Of a DNA stretch of 64,000 bases, positions 39,415 to 49,038 are shown piece after piece. The position numbers and the translations under genes were made by a program. The DNA comes from Nitrosopumilaceae archaeon (GTDB taxonomy: Archaea; Thermoproteota; Nitrososphaeria; Nitrososphaerales; Nitrosopumilaceae): positions 1,088,001-1,152,000 of the forward strand of contig OZ242365.1 of assembly GCA_965208905.1 (NCBI GenBank). The letters run 5' to 3'. Position 1 is the stretch's first letter; the number at the start of each line of letters is the position of its first letter. The notes under the pieces are model-generated. The model made no database searches. It worked only from the letters and a program-made list of their open reading frames with translations, and was not told the origin of the DNA.

Positions 39415-42400
39415 TTGACCGCGCAAGAATATGAAGAGAGTCGGTTGGACGCAGCACACATGCTGGCCAACCAAATAAGAATTCGTCAACAACTGTTGGG
39501 AGAAAACAGATCACGACATGACAAAATAGATCGTGCAATCGACCTGTACGAACTATCTATCGTCGAGATGTGGAGAAGCCGCGATACCCCCGCCGGGAAA
39601 TTTCAAGAGACGTGCAGTAAATGTTGTGACTTGCTACGCGCCCTACCCCTGCCCGACGAGCCCGAGGAAAAGACCAAACATGTGTTGAAGTTGTTCGCGT
39701 ACTCATATCTAGGAGAAAGGTGGGTAGAAATGCAGCGCGTGATCGAAGAAGAGGCCGTTTGGGATGTACCGAAAGACGTTACATGGGATCGGCGGGTAGT
39801 TTATGACACATACCTGGCTATACTGTACCTGATAAAAAAGAAAGAATGGAGCGATTTGGACAGGTGCTCAAGGCTGGTGGACAAACTGCGAAATGATCAG
39901 AAGACGCATGAACGAACTCTAATGCAGAACACCGATCCTAATCAACAGGGGTATCTGGCCCGGGACTTGGCCGCATACTACCACTTGGCTGGAACCGTCG
40001 ACATACTGGCTCGCTTCATGCGAGAGGGCGGCAGCCCGAGTGACACAAGAGCACGGGTAGGCCATCATATGGATGCGGCTCTGCGGTTAGCTGATGGGGC
40101 ATGGGAGTTGGAGACGTTGCTGATCATACTGAAGGCCGCGTTCATGAAAATGATCGAAAATGCTATCTGGACCGTGATAGGTACAAAAAACCCTCAAACA
40201 ACCAACCTGATTAGAAAGATCACAGGACAGGACAGCCAGAAACCCGTCTATGAGTTGTTGTATCCGCAGCGGGACGCAATACGTCAACACCTACTTGATT
40301 CGGCTATCGAGGCAACCGTTCTCACACTTCCCACATCCAGTGGCAAGACACTCCTTGCAGAATTCCGTATACTCCAAATCCTGAACCAGACACGTGACAC
40401 CGGTGGTAAGGTGGCATATGTGGCCCCGACTCGGGCACTGGTCAACCAGGTGACATCTCGGCTACGTAGGGACATGGAATCTCTGGGTATAAAGGTGGAG
40501 AAGATGAGCGGTGCAATAGACATTAACGTATTCGAAGAGAATGTCCTGCGGGGCAACGACTTTGATGTGCTAGTCACCACACCAGAAAAACTGAACCTGC
40601 TTATACGCCACCCTGACGGACGTCTAGCCAAGGACATAACATTAACTATAATTGACGAGGCCCACAACATAGCCAACGAATCCCGGGGGCTCAACATGGA
40701 GATGCTTGTATCCAACGTCCGTAGTGACTGTCCACGATCCACACTGCTACTGATGACACCATTCATACCGAACCACCAGGAGGTCGCCGCGTGGCTGAAT
40801 CCAGATAATCCCCACTCTATAAGTGTCAGTATTGGATGGTGGCGCCCCAATGACCGGGTGGTGGGGATCTGCTATGCGGACGGGCCAAAGGGGGGCAGAG
40901 TGCTGAATTTTGAGCCGTTGGTAACCCACGGTCCCGACATGCGGATGTCCGAGAGTATACCATTGGGTAGCGTTAATGTTACGGAATCTCCGTCCCAGAT
41001 ATCCAAAAGCAAAATGGCATCATTGGTCGCGTCGGTTATGGCGGGCAGCAGTGTGCTAATTCTTGCCCAGACCATAGACCACACGTTTAACATAGCCAAG
41101 ATGCTATGCGACATGATTCCAGACGAGAAAGATGACGAGAACTTGGATATGGTTTCCAGATACGTAGAGCAGGAGATGGGACAAAACTTTGAGCTGGCTA
41201 GATACATCAGGAAGGGCGTGGGAATCCATAACGCGGGTCTGCCTGATGATGTAAAGGAATTGGTGGAGTGGCTCATGGAGTCTGGTTCGTTGAGAGTGGT
41301 AGTGTCTACCACCACATTGGCCCAAGGAATGAACTTTCCGGTTGATACCATACTGTTTGCCACACACAAGTACGCCGGACACGGCGACATGCCGCCCACG
41401 GACTTTTGGAACATAGCAGGACGGGTGGGACGGGTGTATCAGAACTCGGTAGGATTAGTGGGCATAATGGCGCCAAAACCCACCGAACGTAAAATGGCCA
41501 CCGAATATGTCCTGCAACAAACCGAGGATCTGGCCTCGCGCCTCAAAGCTCTAGTGGAAGAGGCCGGCGACACTCACCTTTCTCTCCTATCATACGCCGC
41601 AGATCCCGGTTGGTCGTCGTTCCTACAATACATTTCCCATCTGTACCGACAGGCAGGCGAGCTGCGAGACTTTATCTACAAGGCGCAAACTAGTCTAGAG
41701 AAGACGTATGGCTATGGGCAGCTGACCAACAGCAGCAAACGGGACCTCCTGAAAGCGGTGGAAGAATACGCGAATGACTTGGACCAGGGGAAGGGGGAGA
41801 TGGCACGACTCTCGGACATAACCGGGCTGAACGTCCAATCAGTGGAGACTGCGATGAAAAAGTCAGACGAGCTCACGGCAAGGGACGCACGGTGGGGCGA
41901 CAGCCTACTCTCTGGCGACTCCAGTTCTCTGGGGCGGTTGTTGGACATAGTGTTCCAAGATATACCTGAAACCAAGGAGGATGTACAAGGGATAAAATCT
42001 GGCGCCCCGATCACGGGAGACAACATGGGCAGGCTCGTTACGGAGTGGATGCGCGGAACTAGCCTTCACGATATAGCAACTAACATACTCGGAGCGGACG
42101 ATGCCAAGTCTATAAGTAAGTGCGTCAGGATTATCTACAACAAAGTTGCCAATTCTGCCTCATGGGGCCTGGCGGCGATGCTAAAGATTCCCCAAGAGGG
42201 TATTTCTGAGGAAAGTGTAGAAGAGCAGAGGCAGTCAGTCATGAACCTGCCGGCTAAAATATACTACGGAGTAGATACCGATGCGGCGGTGTTGATGCGG
42301 CTCAACAATGTACCTCGATCCATTGCCAAAAGGATGGGGGCTGTGTACGAGAGTGAGCACTCCGTACGGGAGTCCACGCCCGGCATGGTCCGAGAATGGA

Positions 42401-42507
42401 TCTCCGATTTGGGAGATTTCCAATGGAACAAAGTAACCAGCTCGCCATTCCTCTCTGGGGCAGAGTACCGAAGAATATGGGTAAGGCTTAACGGGGAAGA
42501 TCAATAA
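39415..42507 (+). CDS. Ski2-like DEAD/DEAH helicase (HamB-like)
   Basis: LPTSSGKT, PTRAL, TPEK, DEAH, HNAGL, STTTLAQGMN, NIAGRVGR; long helical N-terminus. Confidence 0.88.
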   Translation: MTAQEYEESRLDAAHMLANQIRIRQQLLGENRSRHDKIDRAIDLYELSIVEMWRSRDTPAGKFQETCSKCCDLLRALPLPDEPEEKTKHVLKLFAYSYLGERWVEMQRVIEEEAVWDVPKDVTWDRRVVYDTYLAILYLIKKKEWSDLDRCSRLVDKLRNDQKTHERTLMQNTDPNQQGYLARDLAAYYHLAGTVDILARFMREGGSPSDTRARVGHHMDAALRLADGAWELETLLIILKAAFMKMIENAIWTVIGTKNPQTTNLIRKITGQDSQKPVYELLYPQRDAIRQHLLDSAIEATVLTLPTSSGKTLLAEFRILQILNQTRDTGGKVAYVAPTRALVNQVTSRLRRDMESLGIKVEKMSGAIDINVFEENVLRGNDFDVLVTTPEKLNLLIRHPDGRLAKDITLTIIDEAHNIANESRGLNMEMLVSNVRSDCPRSTLLLMTPFIPNHQEVAAWLNPDNPHSISVSIGWWRPNDRVVGICYADGPKGGRVLNFEPLVTHGPDMRMSESIPLGSVNVTESPSQISKSKMASLVASVMAGSSVLILAQTIDHTFNIAKMLCDMIPDEKDDENLDMVSRYVEQEMGQNFELARYIRKGVGIHNAGLPDDVKELVEWLMESGSLRVVVSTTTLAQGMNFPVDTILFATHKYAGHGDMPPTDFWNIAGRVGRVYQNSVGLVGIMAPKPTERKMATEYVLQQTEDLASRLKALVEEAGDTHLSLLSYAADPGWSSFLQYISHLYRQAGELRDFIYKAQTSLEKTYGYGQLTNSSKRDLLKAVEEYANDLDQGKGEMARLSDITGLNVQSVETAMKKSDELTARDARWGDSLLSGDSSSLGRLLDIVFQDIPETKEDVQGIKSGAPITGDNMGRLVTEWMRGTSLHDIATNILGADDAKSISKCVRIIYNKVANSASWGLAAMLKIPQEGISEESVEEQRQSVMNLPAKIYYGVDTDAAVLMRLNNVPRSIAKRMGAVYESEHSVRESTPGMVREWISDLGDFQWNKVTSSPFLSGAEYRRIWVRLNGEDQ

Positions 42508-42946
42508 ATCAAGTGGTAGTCGATTTTCGGATTGTCGCATAACGAAATTGACTGAAAACAACACAAAACGGACCGGTTAAGCGGAGCCTGTATGGTCAGC
42601 TAAACCACATATACTTCTGCTGTCCCATCTGTATTCAAATTTGTAACTACATTCTAATTCAAATTAGTATATCCGAATATAACATCCGCTAGGTGGTTGA
42701 GGCTGCCTTCATGAAACAGTGAGATGGTGCACTGTGAGACAAAAATACGTAGATGTTTTCAAACCCTGGAATTGTTCATGAACCTTGTCCCTTCAGCATG
42801 GTCTCAGTCCTCAAATCTGAGTTATTTTTCCGCCTCCTAAATAGTATCAACACTAACTCAACATTATTGATAAACTACGTCACCCGAACTATATAAGGAA
42901 TGACACGTGAAGGGGCTGTTAAGTTAACGTGAGTCAATATTTGGTG

Positions 42947-44206
42947 TTAAACACGTGAGTTAGTCTTTGCGGCGGCCTGTATCAATGTCAACAATTTATC
43001 GTGGCCCTCTATGGTAATTCCAGCAGCCTCACCAGGGGTGATATTGCCGTCCAAGCCAAGATGCGGTCTTACATGGTTATGATAGATTCGTAGTCCTGAT
43101 AATATTGGGGAGTTATCTTTTTTGAGGCCCCGTATTACATCTTCCCGTAACCGTATGGTATTCCCGTTGAATGATTCCATTTGGTTGTTATGATGTATGC
43201 CGTCAAAGGCAACATCATGAATGTGTTCCGTGTTCTTGTGCAGAAAGTTCTTTGCTTTATACTGTTGTTTCCAAGCGTGGTGAAAGTTGGCGGCCTTGTC
43301 ACTGATTAGTGTAGTTGGGACTTTGCCAGCTACTTGTTTGGCCTCTTTGAACATGGGTTCAACATCATCATTACCCTTGTGTTCGGCCACCATTTTGGCC
43401 AACCAATAACGGGTTTCTGAATCCAACATTGCGAATAGGTATCGTCTATTTCCCTTGACCTTCATGTAGATTTCATCCGTGCGCCAAGCCTCTCCGACCT
43501 GTGGCCTTATCTTGTCTAGATATGTTTCCATCAATTCGGCATAATCTTCTGACCAATTGTATACTGTAACGTGGCTTACCTTCACGCTAAATCGCTCTAG
43601 AAATGTTGCGGCCTTTCTGGTGGATAGTCCTGCAAAGACCAGTTCAACGGCTTGGGTTATTTGTTCGGGTGTTGCGTGTTTTTTCTCAAAGCCTAGATTG
43701 TGTATAAATCGCTTGTTACAGTCTTTACATTTGAATTGCTGAACTGGACCTTTCTTGAATTTCCGTATGCAGTCTTTGTGTATATTCTCTGAACCACAAT
43801 GTTTACACCGTGTAACATCAACTTGCTTGATGACTGTTTTAGGTACTTCCTCTTGGACGGCTTCCCTTAGGCGCCGTGATATTTCAACGGCATGGGCGTG
43901 CTTGCATACAACACCCCTGTACATTGAATCGGGACAGGAACAAACCCATCCCGATTCTGTATGTATTACCTCATAGACCTTATTGGAAGATTGAGATCTA
44001 ACAGTATAAGTTGTATCATCAACTCTTGTTATCTGATTAGGCTTGCTTGCTATCTGCGCACCCCTTGTGATTCTAGCCTTTTGGCCGGGGCTATGATTTT
44101 TATCAGGTAATACAACAGTAGGCTCAGAGTGCAAATCTCTCGTCATTGGGGCTGATTCCCCTTTGGCATTTGTTTTCATCATCGCATTTACTGTTGTTTT
44201 ACTCAT
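42947..44206 (-). CDS. IS6-like DDE transposase with one SWIM finger
   Basis: CSCPD..CKH, CKHC..CKDC, WRTDE, LISDK, NNQMESF; clearly homologous to 12943..14328; ATG at 44206 or 44224. Confidence 0.9.
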   Translation of the reverse strand: MSKTTVNAMMKTNAKGESAPMTRDLHSEPTVVLPDKNHSPGQKARITRGAQIASKPNQITRVDDTTYTVRSQSSNKVYEVIHTESGWVCSCPDSMYRGVVCKHAHAVEISRRLREAVQEEVPKTVIKQVDVTRCKHCGSENIHKDCIRKFKKGPVQQFKCKDCNKRFIHNLGFEKKHATPEQITQAVELVFAGLSTRKAATFLERFSVKVSHVTVYNWSEDYAELMETYLDKIRPQVGEAWRTDEIYMKVKGNRRYLFAMLDSETRYWLAKMVAEHKGNDDVEPMFKEAKQVAGKVPTTLISDKAANFHHAWKQQYKAKNFLHKNTEHIHDVAFDGIHHNNQMESFNGNTIRLREDVIRGLKKDNSPILSGLRIYHNHVRPHLGLDGNITPGEAAGITIEGHDKLLTLIQAAAKTNSRV

Positions 44207-44304
44207 AGTATAGGTAAATAACATGCCATATATAAAGTATAGGTAAATAAATTTATCAATTATAAATAGGTAAATTTATATGATATACAATTTATTTACC
44301 TATA
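44207..44304. promoter_or_regulatory. operator-like repeat array in a divergent promoter
   Basis: AGTATAGGTAAATAA at 44207 and 44236, ATAGGTAAAT at 44266, inverted TTATTTACCTATA at 44292. Confidence 0.65.
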
Positions 44305-44492
44305 TGACAAGATTAAGTGATAATGAAACCGTGTTGACTTTGGCAGTATCAAAGAGTAAATCATTACGGACCACAGTACCAATTCATATCATACGTAAAT
44401 TGGAGGTTAGTCCAGGAGATCATGTTACTTGGGATTTAGACAAAACAGACAACGGAGAATGGATAGCAATTATGAGAAAAAAAGACGGATAG
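44304..44492 (+). CDS. AbrB/MazE-like DNA-binding protein
   Basis: SKSLRTTVP..I...LEV.PGD.V.W swapped-hairpin signature. Confidence 0.78.
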   Translation: MTRLSDNETVLTLAVSKSKSLRTTVPIHIIRKLEVSPGDHVTWDLDKTDNGEWIAIMRKKDG

Positions 44493-44533
44493 AAATGATG
44501 TCAAGAAAACACAAAAAGGAGTAAGATGTGGGA

Positions 44534-45323
44534 ATGATGTTGTTAAAGAAAGAGCCAAAATCTCCTCTTAGGTACGCTGGTGGTAAGTCAAGAGGCGTAA
44601 TGGAGATCTCAAAATACATCCCAAACGGCACTAAAGAAATGGCATCCCCCTTCTTGGGGGGGGGGGGCTGTGGAGATTGCTTGCGCAAACAATGGTGTTT
44701 TTGTTTATGGCTATGATAATTTTCAGCCGTTAGTAGAATTTTGGCAATGCATACTCGCCGACCCTGTAAAACTTGCACAAATCATACAAGAGTATTACCC
44801 GTTACCAAAACTTGATTTTTATCGACTTCAAAAAACCCAATCAGACTATACATCAAAGTATAGGAGAGCTGCAATCTTCTTTGTTATTAACAGGGCGTCT
44901 TTTTCAGGTACCACCCTTTCTGGTGGAATGTCGCCCAATCATCCCCGATTTACAAAGTCCTCCATAGAACGTGTGTCGAATTTCAAAATAGACAAACTAT
45001 CAGTCGAATTAATGGATTTTAGAAATTCCATAACAAAATCAGAAAACATGTTGTTGTATCTTGATCCACCATACCCATTGAAAAATTGTAGTCTTTATGG
45101 GAGGAGGGGAAATATGCATAACGGATTTGATCATGAAGGACTGGCCAAGATTCTCCATTCTAGGGATAAGTGGATATTATCATATAGTAATACTGCATAC
45201 ATACGTGAGCTATACCAAGATTACCATATAGTCACACCAGAATGGAAATATGGCATGTCGGTTGACAAAAAATCAAAAGAGGTTTTGATCCTAAGTGATG
45301 ATTTGGCAAGGCTAATTCCATGA
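44534..45323 (+). pseudogene. D12-class (Dam-like) N6-adenine methyltransferase, out of frame at a G12 tract
   Basis: PLRYAGGKS, SPFLGGG / A..F..NR.SFSG, YLDPPY, WILSY; G12 at 44656-44667, while G11 restores PFLGGGAVEI. Confidence 0.88.
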
Positions 45324-46261
45324 CATTGCAGACAGAATCGGGTAAGGCATTTGAATATGCTTTAGCTTATACAATCAGTAACAAATTACATTCAAAACAA
45401 AATGTGGAATTGATGTTGAACCCCACATATGAAAATACTAAGAGTTGTTTTGAAAAATTTGATATTAACATACAAAAGAAATACTTGGAGTCTGCTATTT
45501 CGACTGTAGATCATATAATTACCATCGAGCCAAGACTTGAAAATCCACTACGTAATGATTGCACACTACGAATCGAAATACAACCAGACCGAACAGGACA
45601 GTCTGGCGATGTTCGGGATATAATCACAGTAAGTTCGGATGACAACTGGCAGATTGGGTTCTCTGCCAAGAATAACCACGATGCCGTGAAGCATTCCCGT
45701 TTATCACACCTGATAAATTTTGGTCAGAAGTGGTTCGGCATACCATGTTCGGATGAGTACATGGATGAGGCAGGAAGGATATTTGGAGAACTCAAAAACA
45801 AAATGTCAAAAAGTAAGAATCTAACATGGTCGCAATTACCAAATAAGGTTGATGATTATTACCTTCCAGTACTATACGCCTTCCAAACTGAAATATGCCG
45901 ACTTGCCCAGAAAAACGCACTTATACCTCAAATGTTGATAGAATATCTTGTGGGCAAACATGATTTTTACAAGATCATGAAATACAACACATACACATTG
46001 ATACAGGGCTACAATCTACATGGTACGTTAGGAAAGCCATCCAAAAATATCAAACCACGATACAAGATTCCAATATTGAGCCCACCTACCGAGATAATTA
46101 AAACCAGTATAGAGAGAACCAACACACTACACATGATCTTGAACAATGGTTGGGAGTTGTCCTTCAGAATCCACAATGCAAGAACACATGTAGAACCTTC
46201 ATTGAAATTTGACATTAAGTTAATAGGAATACCAAATACTATGTACAATGATCGTGTCTAG
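45320..46261 (+). CDS. HaeIII-family restriction endonuclease
   Basis: GKAFEYA, GDVRD, IGFSAKNNH.AVKHSRLS, DFYK, FRIHNA..VEPSLKFDI; ATGA-coupled to the methylase. Confidence 0.85.
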   Translation: MTLQTESGKAFEYALAYTISNKLHSKQNVELMLNPTYENTKSCFEKFDINIQKKYLESAISTVDHIITIEPRLENPLRNDCTLRIEIQPDRTGQSGDVRDIITVSSDDNWQIGFSAKNNHDAVKHSRLSHLINFGQKWFGIPCSDEYMDEAGRIFGELKNKMSKSKNLTWSQLPNKVDDYYLPVLYAFQTEICRLAQKNALIPQMLIEYLVGKHDFYKIMKYNTYTLIQGYNLHGTLGKPSKNIKPRYKIPILSPPTEIIKTSIERTNTLHMILNNGWELSFRIHNARTHVEPSLKFDIKLIGIPNTMYNDRV

Positions 46262-46334
46262 GTATAATCCAACTCACTCACTTAACACCATACATCAACT
46301 CACGTTAACTTAACAGCCCCGAATAGAGTAGTAT

Positions 46335-46580
46335 ATGGCAATTTTAACAAAAATAACAGTAGCGGGACACAGACAAATCTACAGATATAATGATGACGTT
46401 TTGGTATATGTGAATAAGCAATCCGACTTCAGACCGGGTTTACGTGACATTCAAGGACATATCTTAATGTCAAAGGTGGAGGCTGATCAAGCCAAATCCA
46501 TGCCGGTTACCTTGACAGAGAATGGTAATGCCGAACATTGTTCCAAATGTTTAGAATATAATGGCTTTCGATTGATATGA
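46335..46580 (+). CDS. hypothetical protein
   Basis: 81-aa ORF with C-terminal HCSKC, coupled to the next gene. Confidence 0.5.
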   Translation: MAILTKITVAGHRQIYRYNDDVLVYVNKQSDFRPGLRDIQGHILMSKVEADQAKSMPVTLTENGNAEHCSKCLEYNGFRLI

Positions 46581-47167
46581 TACAAATACCCGAAGTAGCA
46601 ATCAATGACACCAACAAGGTATACCCATACTGTGTAATAGGCGCCCCGCCACAACACATCAAACTTCCCATCTCAAAGGGCGTAATATCCATTGGTAATA
46701 ACAACATCATACGAGAGTTTACTACGATACACTTACCTACCCAGGATGTCACAAAGATAGGTAATGACAACTACATTATGTCATATTGTCATATAGCGCA
46801 TGATTGTATTCTACACGATAATATTATCTTAGCGACGAGAGTTACACTAGGCGGCCATGTAGTGATATATGACAACGCTTACCTAGGACAGTGTAGTGCG
46901 GTACACCCACATTGTAGAATAGGACGGAATGCCATGATTGGAATGAGTTGCCCAATCGTGAAGGATGTGCCACCATTCGCGCTGATTAATCAGGGAAAGT
47001 TCACAAAGATAAACAAGACCGGGTTAAAACGCGCTGGTGTTTCGGATGAGGACATTAACGGTATCGAGGATGTATATCGTGGTAAAAACAGACACTCTAC
47101 GTGGTATGAGAAAGAGATAGAAGTATTCATGGAGAATGCCAAATCAGTATATGCACCGGAATTTTAG
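46577..47167 (+). CDS. LpxA-like hexapeptide acyltransferase (N-terminally short)
   Basis: IG.NN.IREFTTIH, T.IG.DN..M...HIAHDC, LGGHV, DVPPF, IN..GLKRAG. Confidence 0.82.
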   Translation: MIQIPEVAINDTNKVYPYCVIGAPPQHIKLPISKGVISIGNNNIIREFTTIHLPTQDVTKIGNDNYIMSYCHIAHDCILHDNIILATRVTLGGHVVIYDNAYLGQCSAVHPHCRIGRNAMIGMSCPIVKDVPPFALINQGKFTKINKTGLKRAGVSDEDINGIEDVYRGKNRHSTWYEKEIEVFMENAKSVYAPEF

Positions 47168-47210
47168 GTGAGGGTAAGTTATTGGGTGTTAAGCTTGGAG
47201 GATGGGTGGG

Positions 47211-47233
47211 GGTCAGCATAACTTCCCAGTTCC
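47211..47233. repeat. orphan copy of the 9-kb transposon right end
   Basis: GGTCAGCATAACTTCCCAGTTCC vs GGTCAGCATTTCTTCCCAGTTCC (21730-21752), 21/23. Confidence 0.75.
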
Positions 47234-47507
47234 TAACCAAAACTACAGATTTGCACAATATCTGATTATTTCAGGGGGTCCGACCAAACTTACCATCACT
47301 GGCAGATTTTGCCAAGGCTCCCAGATCAGAAATGAGTTTCGGTGGAAGGTAGACCACGTTAGGATAGTCATGCCCGACTCTTAAATACGGGAAATCGTGC
47401 CCAACCCATCGTCCCTTAGAATGATCTACCGACACTTACCAGCCACATCTGCGGGAAGGATATAACTAGAGTATTTGATATTTTGTGTGTGACTCTTTTG
47501 GTATGTA

Positions 47508-48386
47508 TTATACACGTAGATGAAATGCTCCATCTATGGCTACTGCCAAAAATATGATTGTCAGATATGGCGCAGTCACCTTGTATGCCCGCCAGGCAAA
47601 GTCGGATGTGGGGTTTTGTGTCAGTTTATAGTGGTATAACAACATGAGGCCTCCAGAGACCGACGCTATGCCTAGGTATAGCAACCCCATACCAAACATG
47701 TACAACATTAAAGAGTATGGAACCAGTATCAGTGTGTTTGCCAGTATATACTTGGAGGTACGCCTCATGCCTATCACTACCGGCAACATAGGAACATTTG
47801 CCTGTTCGTACTCGTCGCGAATCTTCATGGCCAGACACCAAAAGTGTGAGGGTGTCCATACAAATACCAAAAATCCCACCAAAAACCCCAATAGATCTAG
47901 TGTACCTGTGGCTGCTGACCATCCTGCCCAGGATGCCGCACTACCGGCTATACCTCCTATCACTATATTTGATGTATTTAACCGCTTCAGCCAGACTGTG
48001 TATATTATAACATATGAGAATATTCCCACTGCTATGAAGAAGGCAGATACCACATTTATCAGAAAGTATCCATATATCACAGAGGCACAACTTAATACCA
48101 ATCCATAGAACAATACGGTCTTGGCAGATATACGTCCGGCAGGAATGGGACGTGTACTTGTACGAGTCATTCGAGGGTCTATGTCACGATCATAGTAATG
48201 GTTGAGGGCACTACTTCCTGCAGATGCAAGTGCCCCTGCAACTACTATATGCAGATATGTCATGTATGTTATGTCTACCGGGTCTGGTGAGAGTTGGCTG
48301 GCACCATACAGTGATGCCACTGCTGTAATCACCAACAATACCACAATTCGGGGCTTTGAAACCTCTAGAATATCTTTGAGTGCCAA
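47508..48386 (-). CDS. cyoE: protoheme IX farnesyltransferase (heme O synthase)
   Basis: KPR, NHYYDRDID.RM.RT..RP, YT.WLKR, WTPSHFW, EY..A.VPMLP. Confidence 0.95.
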   Translation of the reverse strand: MALKDILEVSKPRIVVLLVITAVASLYGASQLSPDPVDITYMTYLHIVVAGALASAGSSALNHYYDRDIDPRMTRTSTRPIPAGRISAKTVLFYGLVLSCASVIYGYFLINVVSAFFIAVGIFSYVIIYTVWLKRLNTSNIVIGGIAGSAASWAGWSAATGTLDLLGFLVGFLVFVWTPSHFWCLAMKIRDEYEQANVPMLPVVIGMRRTSKYILANTLILVPYSLMLYMFGMGLLYLGIASVSGGLMLLYHYKLTQNPTSDFAWRAYKVTAPYLTIIFLAVAIDGAFHLRV

Positions 48387-49038
48387 TTAAAGCATTATGT
48401 TATGTATATACATTTAATTTCTTTGGAACTGTGACATCTTAGGTACATGGTCCATGAGATGAAACAGTCTGTGTTTCCACAGATGTTGACGGTGAACCGC
48501 CATTCCGAGGAGCTCCATTGAGATGTCTCTTATTGGTCGAACTGTACAGCCCAACCTTTGGACAGCCTGTGCAGACCATCACGTCATGAACACTTGGAGG
48601 ATGTGTGCAAGCACCAAGATGTATCCTTCCTCTCAAGACCATTCCGGCCTTGTCTTGCAGTGAATACACGGACTACGCCCGCCTACTCCACTGCACTGCA
48701 TAAAAAATAAACAGTATGTTGAACGCCGTGTTGACATCCGCGTGCATCAGAACCCCCAATTATAACCCCTGAACTGGCTGCTGTGGCGCCATGTGTTTGT
48801 ACTGTCACACATACAGTATTGTTGTGAAGTGTATTTTGGGTTAGCTACGTGCTCCAACAGTGTATATCTAAAAAATCACTTGACCAAATGTAGTTACCGG
48901 ACGCTATACGCTACTGTGTTGCCCGTATTGTTTATGATTCCTGTTTTTAGCCATTGCCGCAATTATATTGCAGATGTTATGCACCTGAACGTTCCAAGCC
49001 CATATAGTATGGACTTTATACCATTGGAACGCAGCCTA

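Larger units (their letters stand above)
42912..46320. mobile_element. 3.4-kb SWIM/IS6-like transposon carrying an R-M pair
   Basis: Perfect 23-bp TIR GGGGCTGTTAAGTTAACGTGAGT (42912-42934, 46298-46320), extending imperfectly to about 50 bp; only GAA is duplicated at the flanks. Confidence 0.9.

Noticed and set aside
28875-47444. 9-bp inverted match GGCTGGTAA / TTACCAGCC as island termini
   Set aside because: Too short and no flanking duplication; could be chance.
48400-49030. ncRNA (RNase P/SRP) or gene in this 630-bp gap
   Set aside because: No diagnostic RNase P or SRP motifs were recognised and the short ORFs are unconvincing; an Infernal/Rfam scan would be needed.
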